Part shown: piece by piece, positions 58,428 to 64,000 of the stretch
Numbering within the stretch: position 1 is the stretch's first letter
Layout: each line of letters begins with the position of its first letter
NCBI GenBank assembly: GCA_002328025.1
Contig: DCVE01000003.1
Coordinates: 17,222 to 81,221, forward strand
DNA length: 64,000 nucleotides
From: Patescibacteria group bacterium UBA2196
GTDB taxonomy: Bacteria; Patescibacteriota; Patescibacteriia; UBA2196
Reading direction: 5' to 3'
The notes under the pieces: generated by a model
Seen by the model: only the letters and a program-made list of their open reading frames with translations
Database searches by the model: none
What the model was told of the DNA's origin: nothing
Translations under genes and position numbers: made by a program

Positions 58428-59021
58428 TTATTTTTTACTCTCCAGATACACGGCCGTGGTCTCTTTAAAATTTAAAAACAAATGCATGTTATTTTTCTGC
58501 CAGTTATAAAAAAGAGGTTTTAAAAACTTAATAACAACAAAAGCATAGAGAGATTTTTTTACTTGCGCCTCCAATTGAGCGACCCGAGGCGCATAAAAAT
58601 TATCCAGCCAATCAGCATCCTGCATAATTTTATGATAAATAGATAAATTACTTTTACCCAAAAAACGCAATTCTTTCATGGTGTGTCTAATGGCATTATC
58701 CGCTACTAAAAATTTTTCACTTTCTTTAACATTGGCAGTTGAAAAAAATTCATTAATTATCTTAGCGCTTCTTCTGCCTTCTAAAAATTTTTGGATAAAT
58801 CCAGGAGCACAACTTGCGTGACTAACATCATGCCAAGCACAACAAAGAATTAGAAGTTTCTCATCAACTTTTTCTTGAATATCAAGTGGCAATTTTTTTA
58901 AAATTTCTTGGGCGTTTTTTATCACTCTTTGAATATGCCCCCAATTATGTACTGGATCCTTGCTGGTGAGCATGATTTCTTTGGCTTTATTAAATAAAAT
59001 ATCAAATTGTTCTTGGGTCAT
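58428..59021 (-). CDS. HD-domain phosphohydrolase
   Basis: NWGHIQRV...CCAWHDVSH (His...HD metal-binding residues). Confidence 0.65.
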   Translation of the reverse strand: MTQEQFDILFNKAKEIMLTSKDPVHNWGHIQRVIKNAQEILKKLPLDIQEKVDEKLLILCCAWHDVSHASCAPGFIQKFLEGRRSAKIINEFFSTANVKESEKFLVADNAIRHTMKELRFLGKSNLSIYHKIMQDADWLDNFYAPRVAQLEAQVKKSLYAFVVIKFLKPLFYNWQKNNMHLFLNFKETTAVYLESKK

Positions 59022-59028
59022 AGAAGAT

Positions 59029-59073
59029 AATTTCTAATTTATAATTTTACAATTTTGAAATAATTTTGAATGA
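59029..59073 (-). promoter_or_regulatory. AATTTCT-motif copy upstream of the HD-domain gene
   Basis: TAATTTCTAATTTATAATTTTACAATTTTGAAATAATTTTGAATG. Confidence 0.35.
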
Positions 59074-59106
59074 TAAAATTTTGAAATAAAAATTAAAAAT
59101 TCAAAA

Positions 59107-62100
59107 TTATAAAACAATACTCACCAATTTTCCTTTTATATAAATAATTTTCTTAGGCTCTTGTCCATTTAGCCATCTCAAAACTTTTTCATTTTCCAAA
59201 ACTAATTTTTTAACTTCTGCTTCACTAATTTCTGTTGGCACTAGAATTTTCTCACGCACCTTACCATTAATTTGAACAACCAATTCAAATTCATCAGCTT
59301 GAATTAATTGCGGATCATATTCTGGCCAGTTTTCAAAAGTAATTGATTTCTCATGCCCCAAAATTTGCCACAATTCTTCAGCGATGTGTGGCGCAAAGGG
59401 CGACAAGAGAATAATGAATAATGAATAATGAATTATGGAAATCTCTTCTTGTTTTTCCAACTCATTTAATAAAATCATTAATTGGCTAACAGCTGTATTA
59501 AATTTCATCTCTTCAATATCTTCGCCAACTTTTTTTATGGTCTGATTTAAAATAATTTCTAAATTTCCATTTTTGTGTTCTGTTGTTTGAGTATTGAATT
59601 TTTCCTGTAAATTCCAAACTCTATTCAAAAACCGATACATTCCATTAACACTTTTATCTTCCCAAGCAATTGGTTGATCAAATGGTCCCATAAACATTTC
59701 ATAAATTCGCAAAGTATCAGCCCCATATTTTTTTACATACTCGTCGGGGTTAATAACATTGCCCTTGGACTTACTCATCTTGACTCCACCTTCGCCCAAA
59801 ATCATGCCGTGCGCTGTGCGCTTAGCATATGGTTCCACTCCACATTCTTTTGGTACTGCGCCAATATCATACAAAAATTTCCACACAAATCTGGAATACA
59901 AAAGATGCAGAGTGGTATGTTCCATCCCACCATTATACCAATCTACTGGCAACCAATATTTGGCACGCTCCGGATCAACCATCTGTTTGTTATTTTTTGG
60001 ATCAGTATAGCGAATAAAATACCAATTTGACCCAGCCCAATTAGGCATGACATCAGTTTCTCTTCTGGCTTCACCACCACAGACCGGACATTTTGTCTTT
60101 ATCCAACTTTCTACTTTAGCCAATGGTGAATCGCCTTCGTCTGTTGGTAGATAATCATCAATGTCTGGCAACACAATTGGCAAATTTTCATCCACATGCC
60201 AACCATAATTTAAAATCTCTCCCATATTTGATTCTTCAATAATTTTATTTAACAATTCAGGAAATTCATTCGTGCCCATATCATCAAAAACAAAGTGTCC
60301 TTTATGAAATTCAATTATTTCACCGCCCAAAGTTTCGTGCACTTTTTTTGCACTATTAATAATGTACTCGTCATCATTGTCTGAATAAAAAACCACCAGA
60401 TCATTAAAATAATTTTTCAATGATGAATCGAATTCAAAGTCTTTCAAATGACTATCAGACTCATATTTACCCGATTTTATTATTGATGGCGCCAACAAAA
60501 TCACCTTACCAACTTTTTTCTTATTTTCGACCAGCCAACGCAAAATAAAAGCAGTGCCAGCACTGTGACCGATTAAAATAGTATTTTCATTTATTTCATT
60601 TTTTTCAAAAACACTCTTCCATGCCTCATAATCGGGCATCCAGTCATTTGGGTAAAGTTCATTCGATGTTTTTATGCCAGTCTTTTCCAAATTCTCTTTA
60701 AGCCACGGTTTCCAATGTCGCAAATTTTCCGCCGGTTCTTCTTTTGCTTCTTCTTCTGACGTATTTGAACCATGCACAATTATACAATTCTTATTTGATT
60801 TTTTAATAGCATTTTCAATTAATTCACTCTCCTCTGCACATTTCTCACAATACACCATCGGGATCGGCTCACCCCAATATCTTTGCCTGGAAAAAATCCA
60901 GTCATGCAGTTTGTATTGAATTTGTTTTTTACCAATGTTTTTTTCTTCCAACCATTTTGTCATTTTAATAATCGCCTCGCTCGGTTTTAATCCATTTAAA
61001 AATTCCGAATTAACCATCACGCTAAAAGCGGTATCCACAAAAGCATAATTTTTTCGCAAAAATCTTTCTATGCCGATGGTGTTATAGGAATGGGTCATCT
61101 GTTTAATGGCCTCGTTCCTGTCCAGCCAAATAACTTCATGTTTTACATCTTCCGCTTCATCAAGCTCTTCTTTATTTTCATCAATTAACTCCAACAATAC
61201 CGGCTGATCAAATCGTTCGCGCCAGACATTTTTATTATCAGCGAAAAAATGCGACTCAACTTCTCCACCTAATCTTTCTAACGCCCTAACTCTGTATCCT
61301 GTTTCTTCAAAAACTTCTCTTTCAGCAGCCTGTTCTGGCGTCTCGTCGCCATCAATACCGCCTATAACTGGGGCAATCCAATTAAATTTTTTCCATTTAA
61401 TCAACAAAAATTTTTCATCTTTTTCATTATAAACAATGGCAGAAATAGTCCTTCGTGATTCCTCGTCATCATGCGGTTCACCAAATACAGGTCGAATTAC
61501 ATCAACGACCGGCAACGAATATTTATGCGCAAATTCAAAATCTCTTTCATCATGTGCCGGCACAGCCATAATGGCGCCTGTGCCATAACTCATCATCACA
61601 TAATCCGCCACAAAAATGGGAATTTCTTTATTATTGACAGGATTAATGGCTTTTATACCTTTCAATTCAACGCCAGTTTTTTCTTTATTCAAATCAGTTC
61701 TTTCTAATTCGTTTTTCTTCTGCGCTTCAATAATATATTCTTCGATTTCCTTACTATTTGTTATTTGCATTTTGAGTTTTGTCAGCAATTCATGTTCTGG
61801 CGCCACCACCATAAATGTCGCTCCAAACAAAGTATCTGGCCGCGTGGTAAATACAACCAGTTTATCGTCATCCCGAGGGAGTGCAACGACCGATGGGATC
61901 CCCCCGCTCTTCTCATTAATATCAGAATTGCCCGGAATAACAGAAAAAACAACTTCTGCTCCAACAGACTTTCCTATCCAATTCACCTGTTGTGTTTTTA
62001 TTCTGTCCAAATAATTTACTGTATCCAAATCTTCAATCAATCTATCCGCGTATTTAGTAATTTTTAAAACCCACTGCTCTTTTATTTTTTTCACCACCTC

Positions 62101-62643
62101 ACCGCCGCATCTTTCACACACACCATTGACCACTTCTTCATTAGCCAAACCAATTTTGCAACTGGTGCACCAATTAATAGTTTCTTTTTTCTTTTCAGCT
62201 AGTCCGTGCTTAAACATCTGCACAAAAATCCACTGTGTCCATTTGTAATACTCTTCATTAGTTGTAGAAAAAGATCGACTCCAATCAAAAGAAAAACCAG
62301 CTTCTTTGAGTTGTTTGGTAAAAGTAGCAATATTTTTGGCTGTGGCTTCTTGTGGTTTTATTTTTTTCTTAATCGCATAATTTTCTGTGGGTAAACCAAA
62401 AGCGTCAAAACCAATAGGGTATAAAACATTATAGCCCCGCATTCTCCTTTTACGACAAATAATATCCATGGCTGTATTGGAACGCAAATGCCCAGTGTGC
62501 AAGCCATCGCCCGATGGATAGGGAAATTCAATCAACCCATAAAACTTTTTTTTATTTATGTCCTCTCTCACTCTAAAAACTCGCTGGTCATCCCAGATTT
62601 TTTGCCATTTAGGCTCTATTTCTTGTGGTTTATATTTTATCAT
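59107..62643 (-). CDS. leuS: leucyl-tRNA synthetase with two inserted accessory domains (Nudix hydrolase; YdeN/RBBP9-type serine hydrolase)
   Basis: class I motifs (HTGHLRS, CP1 editing VPAHDERDFEFA, SRQRYWGEPIP, KMSKSKGN, C-terminal anticodon-binding region). 1178 aa against ~820 typical. Residues ~392-535 contain a perfect Nudix box GGIDGDETPEQAAEREVFEETGY. Residues ~618-815 contain a GHSAG nucleophile elbow in an alpha/beta-hydrolase segment (IIVHG...LIGHSAG...VILLAPS...FYSDNDD...GHF), inserted between CEKC and CPVCGG of the Zn domain. Confidence 0.9.
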   Translation of the reverse strand: MIKYKPQEIEPKWQKIWDDQRVFRVREDINKKKFYGLIEFPYPSGDGLHTGHLRSNTAMDIICRKRRMRGYNVLYPIGFDAFGLPTENYAIKKKIKPQEATAKNIATFTKQLKEAGFSFDWSRSFSTTNEEYYKWTQWIFVQMFKHGLAEKKKETINWCTSCKIGLANEEVVNGVCERCGGEVVKKIKEQWVLKITKYADRLIEDLDTVNYLDRIKTQQVNWIGKSVGAEVVFSVIPGNSDINEKSGGIPSVVALPRDDDKLVVFTTRPDTLFGATFMVVAPEHELLTKLKMQITNSKEIEEYIIEAQKKNELERTDLNKEKTGVELKGIKAINPVNNKEIPIFVADYVMMSYGTGAIMAVPAHDERDFEFAHKYSLPVVDVIRPVFGEPHDDEESRRTISAIVYNEKDEKFLLIKWKKFNWIAPVIGGIDGDETPEQAAEREVFEETGYRVRALERLGGEVESHFFADNKNVWRERFDQPVLLELIDENKEELDEAEDVKHEVIWLDRNEAIKQMTHSYNTIGIERFLRKNYAFVDTAFSVMVNSEFLNGLKPSEAIIKMTKWLEEKNIGKKQIQYKLHDWIFSRQRYWGEPIPMVYCEKCAEESELIENAIKKSNKNCIIVHGSNTSEEEAKEEPAENLRHWKPWLKENLEKTGIKTSNELYPNDWMPDYEAWKSVFEKNEINENTILIGHSAGTAFILRWLVENKKKVGKVILLAPSIIKSGKYESDSHLKDFEFDSSLKNYFNDLVVFYSDNDDEYIINSAKKVHETLGGEIIEFHKGHFVFDDMGTNEFPELLNKIIEESNMGEILNYGWHVDENLPIVLPDIDDYLPTDEGDSPLAKVESWIKTKCPVCGGEARRETDVMPNWAGSNWYFIRYTDPKNNKQMVDPERAKYWLPVDWYNGGMEHTTLHLLYSRFVWKFLYDIGAVPKECGVEPYAKRTAHGMILGEGGVKMSKSKGNVINPDEYVKKYGADTLRIYEMFMGPFDQPIAWEDKSVNGMYRFLNRVWNLQEKFNTQTTEHKNGNLEIILNQTIKKVGEDIEEMKFNTAVSQLMILLNELEKQEEISIIHYSLFIILLSPFAPHIAEELWQILGHEKSITFENWPEYDPQLIQADEFELVVQINGKVREKILVPTEISEAEVKKLVLENEKVLRWLNGQEPKKIIYIKGKLVSIVL

Positions 62644-62972
62644 ATATATGTTCTTATTTTATCTAATTCAAGCTATTTTGGCAAATATTTTCTTCTTGAT
62701 AATTGAAATTTAACCTAAAAAATGATACCATAAAAAAGACAGTTATTGTTATAAACCATATTTCTAATTACCTCAAAAAAATAACCCTCTCCTTCTTTAA
62801 CTCCTTCACCCGGAGTATAATTTTTGTTTTTAAGCTTTCAAAGCCGCTCTTTCATTTTTTTGCAACTCCTTTTAAGCATATCAGCCACTTTTTATTTAAA
62901 ATTACCATCTTGCCGGCTTATAAACTCTATTTAAAAATAAAAAACAAAAAAAAGACTGAAACCAGTTTACGC

Positions 62973-64000
62973 TTGGTGTTTTTAAACCTATTGCTTCACA
63001 AAAATCTCATTCATGTTTTAATCTTTTTTTTGGGTTTAATTGTTCTGATTAATAATATCAACACCCAATCGGTCTTGGCAGGAGATTTAGGTAAGGGTAG
63101 TGTTATTTTCTCTTTAGCGCGGGGTGATGAATTTGCTAACATCACCGACCATGCTATTACCACCACAGAAAATGCTAACAAAAAAAAACCTGCTCCTTTT
63201 AATTCAAACACCCCTCCCCAACCCTCTGTAGTCATAAACAAACTTACCACCTCCACTCCTGGCAGTATTTTTGATTCAGCTATCACCAAAAATACCCAAA
63301 TCATTGGACAAAGCGATTTTTTTGATTCCATGTTGGCACAAAACAATAATATCAACTCTGATGCACTTTCTAAAAAACTATCACCTGACACTATCAACAC
63401 ACCACCCACTCGACATTCGGTGGTTACTTACAGCATTGTTTCGGGTGACACAATTTCTTCCATTGCCCACCAGTTTAATATTTCCGTCAACACTATTTTA
63501 TGGGAAAACAACTTAACCGCCAACAGTATTTTAAAACTTGGTGCAACTTTACGTATTTTACCAACTAGCGGAATTAGTCACAAAGTCGTTAAAAACGAAA
63601 CTCTGGCTAGTATTGCCAAAAAATATTCAGTCAATCAGGAAGACATTATCACTACAAACAAATTATCTGCCACCGATACTTTAAAAATTGGCCAAGCATT
63701 AATTATTCCCGGCGGCCGGGCCATCACTACACCTAAAAAAACCACCAGTTTGGCTTCAGTCTTTAGCAAGAACACGACTGTTGCAGATTCTACAACGCGC
63801 AATACCAGCGGTTTTATCTGGCCAACTGTGTCTAAACACATTACCCAATATTATGGCTGGCGTCATAGCGGTCTAGATGTTGGTTCTAAACAAGGTTTAG
63901 CAATTTATGCCTCCCTGGATGGTAAAGTAATCACCGCCGGATGGACCAACACTGGTTATGGTAATTATGTTGTCATTGATCATGGTAGTGGTATAAAAAC
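62973..64000 (+). CDS. LysM-domain M23 (LytM-type) peptidoglycan endopeptidase, 3' end beyond the window
   Basis: absent from the ORF track (no stop within the window). Frame 0 mod 3 is open from 62703. Hydrophobic signal-anchor HVLIFFLGLIVLI; two LysM repeats (YSIVSGDTISSIAHQF..., HKVVKNETLASIAKKY...); M23 core YYGWRHSGLDVG...YGNYVVIDHG. The first in-frame ATG is far downstream (63330), so the start is probably TTG/GTG (62973/62976/62991) and remains uncertain. Confidence 0.7.
   Translation, partial: MVFLNLLLHKNLIHVLIFFLGLIVLINNINTQSVLAGDLGKGSVIFSLARGDEFANITDHAITTTENANKKKPAPFNSNTPPQPSVVINKLTTSTPGSIFDSAITKNTQIIGQSDFFDSMLAQNNNINSDALSKKLSPDTINTPPTRHSVVTYSIVSGDTISSIAHQFNISVNTILWENNLTANSILKLGATLRILPTSGISHKVVKNETLASIAKKYSVNQEDIITTNKLSATDTLKIGQALIIPGGRAITTPKKTTSLASVFSKNTTVADSTTRNTSGFIWPTVSKHITQYYGWRHSGLDVGSKQGLAIYASLDGKVITAGWTNTGYGNYVVIDHGSGIK

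Noticed and set aside
28717-59073. Repeated GAAATTAGAAATT units could be mistaken for a CRISPR array
   Set aside because: The units are 7-13 nt, irregularly spaced and scattered over 30 kb in promoter positions. There are no uniform 28-37-nt repeats with unique spacers and no cas genes
1-64000. Transposases, integrases, prophage modules, rRNA operons
   Set aside because: No DDE/tyrosine-recombinase/serine-recombinase motifs, no capsid/terminase-like proteins and no rRNA-like sequence were recognised. The only mobile-element-like signals are the small palindromic inserts and the tRNA-Glu pseudo-copy

Overview
Low-GC bacterial window of about 64 kb, almost entirely coding and mostly on the minus strand. 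The gene content suggests, as inference only, a monoderm CPR/Patescibacteria-like organism: giant Cys-rich surface proteins, a Gram-positive-style T4SS, rubrerythrin, many short intergenic gaps and non-ATG starts. Two ordinary housekeeping blocks flank one long accessory region. Block 1 (1 to 24 kb) holds SPFH, rubrerythrin, guaC, mscL, TspO, DedA, SWIB, a MacAB-like ABC efflux operon, an ECF sigma/anti-sigma pair, tRNA-Asn, FKBP, the dnaG-rpoD operon, a tRNA-Ser/Ser/Glu cluster, comFC and clpC. Block 2 (47.2 to 64 kb) holds a four-helix-bundle protein, ksgA, tsaC, an HD hydrolase, leuS and an M23/LysM peptidase running off the window end. The accessory region (24.1 to 47.2 kb) is an apparent ~23 kb minus-strand operon. 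It starts with two giant Cys-rich surface proteins (1486 and 1552 aa) and a small cohesin-like anchor. It continues into a Gram-positive-type type IV secretion core: VirB6/TrbL-like, PrgI/VirB3-like, a free-standing VirB4-N-terminal-like protein, a VirB4 ATPase and a VirB8/NTF2-like protein. It ends with a Cys-rich membrane protein, a TolB-like beta-propeller and a DsbA-like protein. A second pair of giant paralogous secreted proteins (1230 and 1345 aa) carries dockerin-like modules. Gene starts across 28.7 to 59.1 kb are preceded by a recurring AATTTCT direct-repeat motif, which looks like a shared regulatory signal. Other unusual points are in the findings. They include a leuS enlarged by in-frame Nudix and YdeN-type serine-hydrolase domain insertions, ksgA carrying three in-frame GC-rich palindromic insertions, and a tRNA-Glu-derived pseudo-copy with two 30-nt double-hairpin inserts. 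No rRNA, CRISPR array, transposase or integrase was seen. Several ORF-track starts are TTG/GTG rendered as M; true starts may differ.
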